Notes under the pieces: generated by a model
The model's input: only the letters and a program-made list of their open reading frames with translations
Database searches by the model: none
Told to the model about the DNA's origin: nothing
Shown here: in pieces, positions 40,612 through 51,160 of the stretch
How the letters are laid out: each line of letters opens with the position of its first letter
Position numbering within the stretch: position 1 is the stretch's first letter
Translations under genes and position numbers: made by a program
Source of the DNA: an uncultured Gemmatimonadota bacterium
GTDB taxonomy: Bacteria; JAAXHH01
Direction: 5' to 3'
Length of the DNA stretch: 64,000 bases
Assembly: GCA_951812955.1 (NCBI GenBank)
Contig: OX638340.1
Location: 2,176,001-2,240,000 of the forward strand

Positions 40612-41361
40612 GTGGATGATCTGAACGTAAAACTCGATCAGCTGGAACGGGATGGTTTCGTGTTGATCAAAGGCGCCCTGTCTCCGGAAGAAACCGAGGA
40701 AGTACGTTCGCGGATCTTTCACGCCAGGGAACAGGGGTGGGAAGAAGGCCTGAACGCGGTGGGCAACATGTGGTTCGACACCCTGCTGGACCGGGAACCC
40801 GGGATCTTCGGTCCGCTCGTGGGCCATCCGAGCGTGGCGCCGCTGCTCTACGCCATGATGGGCAAGCAATGCCAGCTCCGCAGTTTCCGTGCTCACATCA
40901 ATCCCGGCGCCTATACCCAGGAATGGCACATGGACTTCTACGGTTACTGGAACGAGAAGCGGGAAACGGAAAAACGAAGGCTGGCCGTGCAGCCCAGCAG
41001 CGTGAACACGACCTTCTACTTCCAGGACAACGTCGCGGGCCAGGGCCATCTGAGGTTCGTCAAGAACGGCCACCTATCCGAGCCGCCTCACCTGTATCCC
41101 CGGATCGAGCATGAAGCATTCGAAAAGTGGTGCTACGCGCAGGAACACGTCGTGCTGCACCCCATGGCGGGCGACGCCGTCGTCTTCCTCAGTCACATCC
41201 CCCACCAGGGCGCCAAGGAAGATGACGACATGGAACGGTGCAACGTGGTCTGCCATTTCCAGACCTGCCCGATGTACGAAGGCGTATGGTACGTCTCCAG
41301 TCCCCGTCCCTTCAAGGGATCCTTCCCCTTTCACAAGACGGTGCCTGCGGGGATGGACTAG
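40612..41361 (+). CDS. Phytanoyl-CoA dioxygenase (PhyH) family Fe(II)/2-oxoglutarate oxygenase
   Basis: GTG start with AAGGAGAGA RBS. HxD...H facial triad candidates (WHMDFY...HIPH). Confidence 0.65.
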   Translation: MDDLNVKLDQLERDGFVLIKGALSPEETEEVRSRIFHAREQGWEEGLNAVGNMWFDTLLDREPGIFGPLVGHPSVAPLLYAMMGKQCQLRSFRAHINPGAYTQEWHMDFYGYWNEKRETEKRRLAVQPSSVNTTFYFQDNVAGQGHLRFVKNGHLSEPPHLYPRIEHEAFEKWCYAQEHVVLHPMAGDAVVFLSHIPHQGAKEDDDMERCNVVCHFQTCPMYEGVWYVSSPRPFKGSFPFHKTVPAGMD

Positions 41362-41436
41362 CCCTGAGGTACACCCGTTGCGAACGGGCGGTTGTTCACT
41401 GTATCCCGATGTTTCAAACCATCGCGACGAAATCCG

Positions 41437-41465
41437 TTGACACGAGAAAAATCGACCTTTAAAAT
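41437..41465 (+). promoter_or_regulatory. Sigma70-like promoter (TTGACA-17-TAAAAT) for the HU/IHF gene
   Basis: -35 at 41437-41442 and -10 at 41460-41465. GAGGAGG RBS before the ATG at 41551. Confidence 0.5.
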
Positions 41466-41550
41466 ACGGTCCTGCGTTGTTAAGTTAAATTAATGCATAG
41501 GGATAGCGTTCAATAGTCATCGGCGGTCCGGTTTCCGGGAGGAGGCCTTC

Positions 41551-41847
41551 ATGACCACCACCAAGAAGGAACTGGTGGAACAGATCAGCAAGCGCCTGGG
41601 GCTCAAGAAGGAACAGGTGTTCCCTGTTGTCGACCAGACGTTCGCGGCCATGCGGGATTCACTGATCCAGGGCGATCGCATCGAAATCAGGGGATTCGGT
41701 GTTTTCGAAGTCAAGGACACGAAGGCCCGCACTTCTGCGCGCAATCCCCGCACGAGTGATATCGTTTACGTCCCGGCCGGAAAAAAGACCCGTTTCAAAC
41801 CCGGAAAACTGTTGAAAGAAGCCCTTCGGGTCCCTCTCGATGACTGA
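41551..41847 (+). CDS. HU/IHF family nucleoid-associated DNA-binding protein
   Basis: 98 aa with the IHF/HU fold signature (GFGVFEVKDTKARTSARNPRTSD...KPGK). Confidence 0.85.
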   Translation: MTTTKKELVEQISKRLGLKKEQVFPVVDQTFAAMRDSLIQGDRIEIRGFGVFEVKDTKARTSARNPRTSDIVYVPAGKKTRFKPGKLLKEALRVPLDD

Positions 41848-42730
41848 AACCAAGGCGGATTGCATACCTCCCGCCGTCCTCTCGAAACTCACCGCATTCG
41901 TCCGTACGCATCTGTTTCGATGGATGATGTGCCTGTGTCCTTTCCTGGCCGCCTTGCTGGACACGGCAGCACAGCAGGACACGGCCACCGTACAGGATTC
42001 GACCGCCTTGCAGGACACGACCGTCGAAACGGCCCTGCAGCAGGTCCCAGCGATATCGCTGGAAGAAGCCGTAACATTCTACGAATCCGGCCAGAACGAC
42101 CGGGCACGCGAGGCCTTCCTGCGTATTCTCGGTGACCGGCCTGAAGAGCCGATCGTCCTCTACCATATGGGACGCCTGGAGACGGACCAGGAGGCGGCCG
42201 AACAGTATTTCCTGAAGGTCCTGTTGCACGAACCGGAACACGCGCTGGCGGACGACGCGCTGCTGGAGGTCTCCCGCATCCAGTACGCCCTGGGCCGACA
42301 CGACGAGGCAGTGAACGCCTGCAACCGGCTCCTCGTGGCATATCCGGAATCGGACCTGGAGAACGAAACGCGCTTCCTGCTGGGACGAGCGCTTCTCGAC
42401 GGGCGAAGGCCGGAACTCTCGCGTCTGGTCTTCGAGCAACTGCTCGCTTCGGCGCCCGACTCGACGCTCGTTCGTTCGGCGCGGCTGGCCATTGCGGACA
42501 GCTACCAGGTGCAGGGGGATTTGATCGAAGCCGCCCGCCAGTACCTTAGGTTCGAGATCGATTTTCCGGGCGTGGAAGGGCTGGAGACGGTCCTGTGGCA
42601 GGCGGGGCAATGCCTTGAAAACGCGGGACGCACCGTCGAGGCCGGATACGTGTACCAGCGACTGATCAAGCGGTATCCCGACTCGGCGGAAGCGAAGCGC
42701 GCCCGCGTGGAAAGGCCTGTGCCGGAATAG
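41840..42730 (+). CDS. Tetratricopeptide-repeat protein (YbgF-like, probably exported)
   Basis: Multiple TPR units. Overlaps the hup stop by 8 nt. Start uncertain; an internal MMCLCPFLAALL could be a signal peptide. Confidence 0.55.
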   Translation: MTETKADCIPPAVLSKLTAFVRTHLFRWMMCLCPFLAALLDTAAQQDTATVQDSTALQDTTVETALQQVPAISLEEAVTFYESGQNDRAREAFLRILGDRPEEPIVLYHMGRLETDQEAAEQYFLKVLLHEPEHALADDALLEVSRIQYALGRHDEAVNACNRLLVAYPESDLENETRFLLGRALLDGRRPELSRLVFEQLLASAPDSTLVRSARLAIADSYQVQGDLIEAARQYLRFEIDFPGVEGLETVLWQAGQCLENAGRTVEAGYVYQRLIKRYPDSAEAKRARVERPVPE

Positions 42731-42763
42731 CGGCGCGTCCGACGCGGTCCGAGCCGACTGGCG

Positions 42764-45637
42764 CTACCTGGCCGGCTTGAAGTACACGGAATGGTCCGGC
42801 GCGATCATGATACGCTTTACCTTGTCCGGCATTGCATACTCGAAGGTCTGACGCTTTTTCGTATTCCAGATTTCACGGGTTATCCGCTCCCCGTTTTCCA
42901 GTTCGAATACAAGGGGCACGATCGCCCTGAAAACCCGCCCGTCCTGTTCCTGCAGAAGCTGCCCGCGTACCGTAAACACCTTTCCTGCCGCCGCGCTGCC
43001 CTCGCCGGCCGCTCCTCTGCCGGTCTCCTTGCTGCCTGCGCCCGCGTTGCCGTCGCTCGCGTTACTACTGACGCTGACGGACCCCTCGCCGGCCGCCCCC
43101 TCGCTGCTCGAATCGCTGCCTGCCGCCGCGCTGCCGGTGTGATATACCCGGTAGACCGGATAGCCTGTGTCCCGGATCCACTGGTCGAAGAACCAGTCCA
43201 TCTCTCGGCCCGTAACCTCCTCGACTTCGGTCTCGAAGTCTTCCGTCGTAACGAGCTTGCCTGCCTTTTCGCGGCTGAAACGGGAGAGCACGCTCATGAA
43301 ATGGCCATCCCCGATGGTGCGCCGCAGCATGTGGAGTACCATGGCGCCTTTCTCATAGACGATGGCCTGGTAATTTCCCCCGAGCCGGCTTCCCAGGTCG
43401 ATCGCGCCGTGACGGTCGGCAAAGAGCGCCTGGTCCGTGTGCCGCTTCAGCATCTCGCGGAACGCTTCTGCGCCGGCCTCGCGTTCAATGTACATGTCGG
43501 CCGCGTAGGTCGCCACGGCCTCCGACAACCATGCGTCGCGGTACGTCCTGGGGATCACGGATCCGCCCCACCACTGGTGGGCCAGTTCATGGGCCAGGAA
43601 TCCGCGGAAGATGTGCTGCACTTCCGTGTACATGTGGGCGTGCAGGTTCGCGCCCAGGCTGAAGGCGTCCTGGTAGTACAGGCCCCACAGCATGAGCATC
43701 GACGGCAGCGCCCGGCCGAATGCATAGTCGTCCGGCATCTGGACGACGTCGAGTTTTTCGTAGGGATAGGGCCCGAAGATCCCGCCGAAGAAGTCCAGCG
43801 CGGGGCCGATGTGGTTGAGGATCCGTGCCGTGCTCGAATCGGCCCTGCGTCGGTCTTTGTCCACGCTGAGCATCACGTCGACTCCCCCCACGGATACCGT
43901 GCGGGTACGGCTTTCGGAGAACGTCATGCCCAGTGACGATACGGGACGCTTCCGCTGCCAGCGTGTGACGCGCGTATCTTCCTTCACTCGACTGGCCACG
44001 CTGGCGCCGGTCGTCGCCACGGTCAGCTTTTCGGGGTAGCGCAGTTCCAGGTCGAAAGTGTACAGATCCTCGTTGGAATGCACGGGCAGCCACTGCTGGT
44101 TGTTTAACAGGCCGAAGAAGTCTTCGCCGCCGTCCCGAAAAACGTCACCATCGTACCAGAAGGTCAGCGTGGTGGTACTGTCCTTCTGAACAGGCCGGCG
44201 AAACGGCACGGTGACATAGGTTCCCTGCCTCGTGAATAGCGCGCCATCGCCGCTGGCATAGTCCACGCGAAAGACTTCGAATTCCGGGTTCAGGGCGAAA
44301 GTCGCCGCCGTGAGCGGGTCCGCCCAGGCCGTGATTTCCAGGGTCGTCTTCATACGCATCCGCCTGCCGTCATCCTCCATCGTCCCAGCGATATCGTAGT
44401 GGTCCAGGGACAGCAGCGGACCAGGGGTCATCTCGTTCTTCTTCGCACGTTCAACCGGTTCCTGCGCGAAACGGCACCAGACCACGGGGGGACTGATTTC
44501 CGGGTTCCTGGGAAAACCGCTCTTCTGTACCAGGCTGACCGACTCCGCTTCATAGGGACTGTACGTGTAGACGAGCCACCGGTCCGAGTCCTTGAGGTCG
44601 ATTTCGGTCTGCAGGAAGTAAGGATGGGTGTGGGCGAGTGAGAAGCGTTGCCGGGCGGGTCTCATGTCCATGAAGTAGTCCTGGTCTACGCGTTTCAGCA
44701 AAGCCCGGGCGCGGTCGAATACCCGTCCGCCCTTGACGCGCGACAACGCGACGCCTTCCACCAGGTTCTCGTAACCTTCGGGCGACAGGACCAGCACCAT
44801 CCGGTCGAACCGGGCCGTGTACACATCGGCGTCCGTGCGGGAGTACCGGTTCATCTGCTGGCGCTCGACACGGTCCGGCGGCGTGAAGGTGAATCGGCCC
44901 GTTCCCACGAGGACCGCGCGCCCGATCCGGTCGCCGGAATATCCGGGCATGAGCAGGCCGTCTTCCATGTGCATTACGCCGGCGGGTCGCTCGATCGTCA
45001 GGCGGTCGAAGGCGTAGACTTCGTCCTCGCGCAGCGCGAACCGGTAGCCGAGGCGGGCCGTCAGCAAGGGTTCGAACCGTTCGGCCTTCCAGTCTGCCCC
45101 ATGCTGCGCGAAATGGACTTTCCACAGTTCCGACGAAAGCCGTTCTTTTCCTTCCATGAAAACACTGAGGTGGATTTCGGGACGGGCAAGAAGACTATCC
45201 ACCGCGTACCGCTCCCTCAGCCGGATCCTGGTACCCGCATGCCGTTCAGACAGGGAAGGCGCGTCTTCTGCGAGGATCTCTTCCAGCTGGACCTCGTCGA
45301 TTTCACGGCCGTTAATAAGCCTGTACAGACGGGTAAGGGCGTTTTCGATGGACGCGCCCGGGATGACGGGCTGGTCGACTGCGCGGTCTTCAGTCGCAGG
45401 GTCTTCGTTGACGGACCGGCCGATTGCGCGGTCGTCTATCGTGGGGGCTTCGTTCGCGGTGCCTGCCGACTGCGGGGCCGCAGAACCACGGACCGAGCTC
45501 GCCGGGCCTTCGACAGCCTGCGGAGGCGCCGGTTCGGCGCTGGGGCCGTCGTACGCGTCAAAGACAACGAGAGAGAGAATGAAAATCGGAAGGGTGAGCA
45601 ACAACCGGGATATCGGACGTGGCGGGGTGGCGATCAT
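42764..45637 (-). CDS. M1 family aminopeptidase (aminopeptidase N-like), secreted
   Basis: HELAHQWWG followed 18 residues later by E (gluzincin HExxH-18-E). N-terminal signal peptide. 957 aa with a Ser/Gly/Ala-rich linker near the C-terminus. Confidence 0.8.
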   Translation of the reverse strand: MIATPPRPISRLLLTLPIFILSLVVFDAYDGPSAEPAPPQAVEGPASSVRGSAAPQSAGTANEAPTIDDRAIGRSVNEDPATEDRAVDQPVIPGASIENALTRLYRLINGREIDEVQLEEILAEDAPSLSERHAGTRIRLRERYAVDSLLARPEIHLSVFMEGKERLSSELWKVHFAQHGADWKAERFEPLLTARLGYRFALREDEVYAFDRLTIERPAGVMHMEDGLLMPGYSGDRIGRAVLVGTGRFTFTPPDRVERQQMNRYSRTDADVYTARFDRMVLVLSPEGYENLVEGVALSRVKGGRVFDRARALLKRVDQDYFMDMRPARQRFSLAHTHPYFLQTEIDLKDSDRWLVYTYSPYEAESVSLVQKSGFPRNPEISPPVVWCRFAQEPVERAKKNEMTPGPLLSLDHYDIAGTMEDDGRRMRMKTTLEITAWADPLTAATFALNPEFEVFRVDYASGDGALFTRQGTYVTVPFRRPVQKDSTTTLTFWYDGDVFRDGGEDFFGLLNNQQWLPVHSNEDLYTFDLELRYPEKLTVATTGASVASRVKEDTRVTRWQRKRPVSSLGMTFSESRTRTVSVGGVDVMLSVDKDRRRADSSTARILNHIGPALDFFGGIFGPYPYEKLDVVQMPDDYAFGRALPSMLMLWGLYYQDAFSLGANLHAHMYTEVQHIFRGFLAHELAHQWWGGSVIPRTYRDAWLSEAVATYAADMYIEREAGAEAFREMLKRHTDQALFADRHGAIDLGSRLGGNYQAIVYEKGAMVLHMLRRTIGDGHFMSVLSRFSREKAGKLVTTEDFETEVEEVTGREMDWFFDQWIRDTGYPVYRVYHTGSAAAGSDSSSEGAAGEGSVSVSSNASDGNAGAGSKETGRGAAGEGSAAAGKVFTVRGQLLQEQDGRVFRAIVPLVFELENGERITREIWNTKKRQTFEYAMPDKVKRIMIAPDHSVYFKPAR

Positions 45638-45667
45638 GTCCGTTTCCTCACGGGGAATGCATGATCC

Positions 45668-46048
45668 CTAGTCCATCGATTCCCGCAGGTCGATCAGGCT
45701 GGACCTGATCCACTGTATGATTTCAGGTTCGGATGCGGTTTCACCTGGAGACTCTTTCGCCTCGCCGCTTTGAACCCTGTCCCCCCCGCGCCCAGCTTTC
45801 GCCGCGCGGCGGTCCGACGAAGATTCCTGGAGCTTCTTCCTTGCACCGGCTATCGTGTATCCTTCGTCCCGGGTGAGACGCTTGATCGTGCGGATGAGCT
45901 TGATGTCCTTTTCTCGGTACATCCGCTTGCCGGCGCGGGTCCGCTTGATGCGAAGCTGGCTGAATTGATCTTCCCAGAATCGGAGTACCGACGGCTCAAG
46001 GTCGAGCAGGGTCGATACTTCGCTGCTGGAGTAATACAGCTTGTTCAT
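45668..46048 (-). CDS. MerR family transcriptional regulator
   Basis: N-terminal HTH YYSSSEVSTLLDLEPSVLRFWEDQF. Confidence 0.7.
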   Translation of the reverse strand: MNKLYYSSSEVSTLLDLEPSVLRFWEDQFSQLRIKRTRAGKRMYREKDIKLIRTIKRLTRDEGYTIAGARKKLQESSSDRRAAKAGRGGDRVQSGEAKESPGETASEPEIIQWIRSSLIDLRESMD

Positions 46049-47370
46049 CGTTTTCCTTCCCGCCCGCGAACGATCACCCGAATAGGCGACCCCTCGAATT
46101 CGAAGGTCTCGCGAAGCCGGTTCGACAGGTAACGCTTGTACGAATCCGGAACGCCTTCGTCGTGGTTCAGGAAAAACACGAAAGTGGGCGGAGATGCCTG
46201 TGCCTGCGTACAGTATAGAATCCGGGTCGACCGGCCGTTTCGCGCAGCCGGGGGCGGATAATAGGCTGAGATGCTTTCCACGACCCGGTTCAATTCACCG
46301 GTTGAGACCCGGAGCGAGCACATTTCGTGCACGTGCTGTGTCTTCTGCATGATCTGCGTCACACCCCGGCGGGTCTCGGCCGACACGAACAGGATCGGGG
46401 CGTAGTCGGCAAAACGGAGGTACTCCCTGGCCGACCGGATAAAGGCTTCGGACGATTGCTCGGTCCGGTCCACCAGGTCCCACTTGTTGAAGGCGATGAC
46501 CAGCCCCTTCCCGGCTTCTTCCACCTGGGATACGATCCGCTGTTCCTGTGCGGACAGGCCATCGACCGCGTCCACCAGGAGCACCGCCACGTCGCAGCGC
46601 CCTATACTCCGCATCGACCGCGTGAAACTGTAGAACTCGACATCGCTGGAAATCCGGGCGCGGCGCCTGAGGCCGGCGGTATCGATCAGGCTGTATTTCA
46701 CGCCTTGCCGGGTGATCCGCGTGTCCACCGAGTCCCTCGTCGTGCCGGGAACGTCCGAGACGATCACGGTGTCCCTTCCCACGATGGCATTGACCAGGGA
46801 CGATTTTCCCACGTTGGGCTTGCCCACGATCGCCACCTTGATCGCGCCGTCTTCCTCCTCGGCGACGGGTACGGGTTCGGGCATCCGTTCCGCCAGCAGG
46901 TCCATCAGGTCGCCCGTATTGCGTCCCTTCAGCGCGGAAATCATCACAGGGTCGCCCAGGCCGAGGGCGCCGAACTCGTAGGCATGGTTCTCCTGCGCGC
47001 CGCTGTCCACCTTGTTGGCGACGACGATGACCTGCTTGCCGGCCCGGCGGACGACTTCGGCCGCCTTCTGGTCCAGGGGCATTACGCCGGTGCGGACGTC
47101 CGTGACCAGCAGGATCACGTCGGCTTCGCTGACGGCCAGCCGGGCCTGCTGTTCGATGGCCGCCTCCATGGGTTCGTCGGATTCAGGTACCAGGCCACCC
47201 GTGTCCACCACCGTGAACTTCTTCCCGAACCAGTCGGCCTCGGCGTAATGCCGGTCCCGCGTAATGCCCGGGGCGTCGTGCACGATCGCGTCCCGGCGTC
47301 CGATCATCCTGTTGAACAACACCGACTTGCCCACGTTGGGACGTCCTATGATGGCGATGACAGATGACAT
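46045..47370 (-). CDS. der: Ribosome biogenesis GTPase Der (EngA), tandem GTPase domains + KH-like
   Basis: Two G-domains (GRPNVGKS; GKPNVGKS) and a C-terminal KH-like domain. Confidence 0.9.
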   Translation of the reverse strand: MSSVIAIIGRPNVGKSVLFNRMIGRRDAIVHDAPGITRDRHYAEADWFGKKFTVVDTGGLVPESDEPMEAAIEQQARLAVSEADVILLVTDVRTGVMPLDQKAAEVVRRAGKQVIVVANKVDSGAQENHAYEFGALGLGDPVMISALKGRNTGDLMDLLAERMPEPVPVAEEEDGAIKVAIVGKPNVGKSSLVNAIVGRDTVIVSDVPGTTRDSVDTRITRQGVKYSLIDTAGLRRRARISSDVEFYSFTRSMRSIGRCDVAVLLVDAVDGLSAQEQRIVSQVEEAGKGLVIAFNKWDLVDRTEQSSEAFIRSAREYLRFADYAPILFVSAETRRGVTQIMQKTQHVHEMCSLRVSTGELNRVVESISAYYPPPAARNGRSTRILYCTQAQASPPTFVFFLNHDEGVPDSYKRYLSNRLRETFEFEGSPIRVIVRGREGKR

Positions 47371-47423
47371 GGTTGTTTTATTGTACCTTAGAGATCATGG
47401 GTTCGGTGCGATCCGGAGACAGT

Positions 47424-48716
47424 TTACAGTCCCGGTAGATCCATCACGTTTTCCGGGAAGAGTTCCACCGGCGCGCCGACACGCTCGCTCAGGCCGGACA
47501 GGGTCATGTCATCCAGCAGCAGGCCATTGTCGTTCAGCACGTTCGGCGGCAAATACACCCGGTCGCCCACTTCCCTGTCCTTCAACGCGCGAAGGATATC
47601 CTGGCCGGTCAAAAGTCCCGACACGGTGATCCCCGATCCGAAGAAAGTGTTTTCCGCCACGACCAGTTTCGCGTCCACGTTTTCCACCCGGTTGAGCGGT
47701 TCCGCGAGAGAAGTCCTGACCACTTCCTGGGCCAGTTCGGCCGTGACGAGCGTCGTTCGTACCGTCCCGGCCGCCCGGCCGGGCAGCATCCTCGTCTGCT
47801 CCGCCATGCGGGTCTCGAAATGCGAGACCATGCCGACGCCGTTCTCCACGACGGGACAGTCTTCGTAGAAGGACGGCGGTGGCAGCGGCGTGGACGACAT
47901 CAGGTACCATTCGTCGGAAAGGTACACGAGCGGATGTCCAAGCCGCTCGCGGAGTTCTTCCTGCCAGGCGCCGACCGTGTCGATCATGCGCCTTGCGTAG
48001 TCCACGGTGACCGGTTCGAGGTGGTAGAGTCCCTGCCGGTGTTCGGAAAGACCGACCGGTACGATGGATATCGATTCCACGGCCGGATAGAGTTCGGCGA
48101 GGTCGTCCACCGTTTTCCTCAGCGCCGCACCGTCGTTGAGACCGGGACAGAGCACGATCTGCGTTTCGATCAGGATGCCGCTTTCGGCCAGCCGTCCGAG
48201 TATGGGCATGATGTCCTTCGCCTTCGGCGAGCCCAGCAGCATCCGGCGAAGTTCCGGGTCCGTGGCGTGGACCGACACGTAGACCGGGCTCAACCGCTGC
48301 ACGATGATACGTTCGAGGTACGCGTCGGAAGCGAAGGCCAGCGTCACGTAGTTGCCGTACAGAAAGGTGAGCCGCACGTCCTCATCCTGGAAGTATACGG
48401 CCTTGCGCATGCCCTTCGGATTCTGGTGGATGAAACAAAACACGCACTTATTCGCACAGGCCTGGTAGGGCGGCTCATGCAGGTCCAGTCCGAGGTCTTC
48501 ATCCGGATCCTTCTCCACGTCGATCAGGATCCTGCTTCCATTCGCCTGGAGGATGTCCAGTTCCAGCACGTCTTCGCTGGACCAGAACCTGTAGTCGAGC
48601 GAATCCCTGACCCGGGCCCGGTTAATCCGAATCAACCGGTCGCCAGGGACCAGACCGACATGCTCCGCGATGCTGCCAGGATGTACCTGTTCTATCCGCA
48701 TATCACATAACACCAT
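47424..48716 (-). CDS. PDZ domain + radical-SAM-like (DUF512) protein
   Basis: N-terminal PDZ (GLVPGDRLIRINR). CxxxCxxC motif CANKCVFC. DUF512-like C-terminus. Confidence 0.65.
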   Translation of the reverse strand: MVLCDMRIEQVHPGSIAEHVGLVPGDRLIRINRARVRDSLDYRFWSSEDVLELDILQANGSRILIDVEKDPDEDLGLDLHEPPYQACANKCVFCFIHQNPKGMRKAVYFQDEDVRLTFLYGNYVTLAFASDAYLERIIVQRLSPVYVSVHATDPELRRMLLGSPKAKDIMPILGRLAESGILIETQIVLCPGLNDGAALRKTVDDLAELYPAVESISIVPVGLSEHRQGLYHLEPVTVDYARRMIDTVGAWQEELRERLGHPLVYLSDEWYLMSSTPLPPPSFYEDCPVVENGVGMVSHFETRMAEQTRMLPGRAAGTVRTTLVTAELAQEVVRTSLAEPLNRVENVDAKLVVAENTFFGSGITVSGLLTGQDILRALKDREVGDRVYLPPNVLNDNGLLLDDMTLSGLSERVGAPVELFPENVMDLPGL

Positions 48717-49128
48717 GAAATTTCAATGACAACATAGCGTCATCACAAGCATTCGTTTAGGTATCTCCATTAACAATTTGCGACTCTTGACAATATAGAG
48801 AATCGAACCCATTGTGTCAAGGGTATTGGCGTGCCGCGGAACCCGTAGATTGGGGGTGCCGACGGCCGGAATCCGGGGGCACTGGAACGCGGACTTTTCG
48901 CTTGCCCGCAGCGCCGCCGCAGGGCTATATTGATTACATTGGCCCGCCGATCGGCATAGCGGGTGTAAGCGATTGAATTTACGGTCTTTACAGGCCATCG
49001 AGCGGCACGACATCGACCGGTGGAACGGCTCCACGCCTGTTTACGGAAGTTCTCGCATGTTTACCGCGTGTATCGTGTATAAGAAGTTCGCGCATGTTTA
49101 CGAATCAGAGATTGCCGGGGAACAAGCC

Positions 49129-50529
49129 ATGACAGCCAGAACCATGTACGAGAAGGTCTGGGACCAGCACGTCGTCAAGGAGATGCCCGATGGGCTTACC
49201 GTCCTGTACATCGACGCCCATCTGGTCCACGAAGTGACCTCTCCGCAGGCTTTCGAGGGGCTGCGGACCGCGGGCCGGAAGCTGAGGCGGCCCGACCTGA
49301 CCTACGCCACGATGGACCACAACGTGCCCACCACCGACCGGTCCATTCCCATGACCGACGAGATCGCGCGGCTGCAGGTGGACATGCTGTCCCGGAATTG
49401 CGAGGAGTTCGGCGTGCCCCTGTACGATCTCGACTCGCCGCGCAACGGGATTGTCCACGTGATCGGACCGGAGCTGGGCATCACGCAGCCCGGGCTGACC
49501 ATGGTCTGCGGCGACAGCCACACGTCCACCCACGGGGCCTTCGGCGCGCTGGCTTTCGGCATCGGCACGAGCGAGGTCGAGCACGTGATGGCTACGCAGT
49601 GCCTGCTGCAGAAGCGTTCCAGGACCTTCGAAATACGTGTCGACGGCGTGTTGAGCGAAGGGGTTACCGCCAAGGACATCATCCTGAACATCATCCGCCG
49701 CACCGGTACCGCAGGGGGTACAGGCGCGGTCATCGAGTACACGGGCAGCACGATCCGCGGCCTTTCCATGGACGAACGGATGACGATCTGCAACATGTCC
49801 ATCGAACTGGGCGCCAGGGCCGGCCTCATTGCGCCAGACGACACAACCTTCGAGTACCTGGCGGGGCGGGAATTCGTCCCCGAAGGCGCGGCGTTCGACC
49901 GGGCCGTGGAGGGATGGCGGAAACTGGCCACCGACGATGAAGCCGAATACGACGAGCGGCTCGGGCTGAATGCGGACGAGATCGTACCCCAGGTGTCGTG
50001 GGGTACGAACCCCGGCATGGTGACGGACGTGACCGGCGTCGTGCCGGATCCCGGCGGGATGGACAGCGAGAACGACCGGCGCGCGGCGGAAAAGGCCCTG
50101 TCCTACATGGCGCTGGAACCCAACACCTCCATCACCGATATCGAGATCGACCGCGTCTTCATCGGCAGCTGCACCAATTCCCGGCTGAGCGACCTGCAGG
50201 CGGCGGCGGACGTCATCAAGGGCCGCCGCGTATCGCCGCGGGTGACCGCCCTGGTCGTGCCCGGCTCGCACGCGGTCAAACGGCAGGCCGAAGCCGAGGG
50301 ATTGGACCGGGTGTTCAAGGAGGCGGGTTTCGAGTGGCGCGAAGCCGGTTGCAGCATGTGCCTGGGCATGAACCCGGACATCCTGCAGCCCGGCGAACGG
50401 TGCGCCAGCACCTCTAATCGTAATTTCGAAGGCCGGCAGGGACGGAACGGACGGACCCACTTGGTCAGCCCGGCCATGGCTGCGGCGGCGGCCGTAGCGG
50501 GGCATTTCGTCGACGTGAGAAACTGGTAG
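49129..50529 (+). CDS. leuC: 3-isopropylmalate dehydratase large subunit
   Basis: Aconitase-family motifs and LeuC N-terminus [16 protein letters not shown]. The longer ORF (from 48973) is upstream read-through. Confidence 0.9.
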   Translation: MTARTMYEKVWDQHVVKEMPDGLTVLYIDAHLVHEVTSPQAFEGLRTAGRKLRRPDLTYATMDHNVPTTDRSIPMTDEIARLQVDMLSRNCEEFGVPLYDLDSPRNGIVHVIGPELGITQPGLTMVCGDSHTSTHGAFGALAFGIGTSEVEHVMATQCLLQKRSRTFEIRVDGVLSEGVTAKDIILNIIRRTGTAGGTGAVIEYTGSTIRGLSMDERMTICNMSIELGARAGLIAPDDTTFEYLAGREFVPEGAAFDRAVEGWRKLATDDEAEYDERLGLNADEIVPQVSWGTNPGMVTDVTGVVPDPGGMDSENDRRAAEKALSYMALEPNTSITDIEIDRVFIGSCTNSRLSDLQAAADVIKGRRVSPRVTALVVPGSHAVKRQAEAEGLDRVFKEAGFEWREAGCSMCLGMNPDILQPGERCASTSNRNFEGRQGRNGRTHLVSPAMAAAAAVAGHFVDVRNW

Positions 50530-50563
50530 GTAGGCAGTAGGCACACCCGAAACGGAGTATGGC

Positions 50564-51160
50564 ATGCCGGAACCCTTTACCACACACACCGGTCTGGTCG
50601 CCCCACTGGACCAGATCAACGTGGATACGGACCAGATCATCCCCAAGCAGTTCCTGAAACGCATCGAGCGCACCGGATTCGGCCAGTTCCTCTTCTACGA
50701 CTGGCGGTTCACGGGAGACGGTTCGCCCGATCCCGGTTTCGTGCTCAACGAAGGCCGCTACCGGGACGCCACGATTCTGGTCACCGGGGACAACTTCGGC
50801 TGCGGGAGTTCCCGAGAGCACGCCCCGTGGGCACTGCAGGACTATGGCTTTCGCGTAATCATCGCGCCGTCCTTCGCGGACATCTTCTACAACAACTGCT
50901 TCAAGAACGGACTGCTTCCCGTCGTACTGGACGCCGATACTGTGCGGCGCATGCTCGCAGACGCCGCGGAACAGCACCGGTATACCGTCTCGGTAGACCT
51001 CGAAGAACAGGTCGTCTCCGAGCCCCGCGGCGCGTCTCATCGGTTCGAAGTCGATCCCTTCCGCAAGAACTTTATCCTGAATGGTCTGGACGAAATCGGC
51101 TGGACCCTGCAATACGAGGATGATATAGCGGCGTATGAACGTACCCAGCGTACCGGTTGA
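50564..51160 (+). CDS. leuD: 3-isopropylmalate dehydratase small subunit
   Basis: 198 aa, aconitase swivel domain, directly after leuC. Confidence 0.9.
   Translation: MPEPFTTHTGLVAPLDQINVDTDQIIPKQFLKRIERTGFGQFLFYDWRFTGDGSPDPGFVLNEGRYRDATILVTGDNFGCGSSREHAPWALQDYGFRVIIAPSFADIFYNNCFKNGLLPVVLDADTVRRMLADAAEQHRYTVSVDLEEQVVSEPRGASHRFEVDPFRKNFILNGLDEIGWTLQYEDDIAAYERTQRTG

Noticed and set aside
48720-49128. Possible leucine attenuator or leader peptide upstream of leuC (repeated cgcatgtttac motif).
   Set aside because: No short ORF with a Leu-codon run and no obvious alternative terminator/antiterminator. The repeats are short. Signal insufficient.
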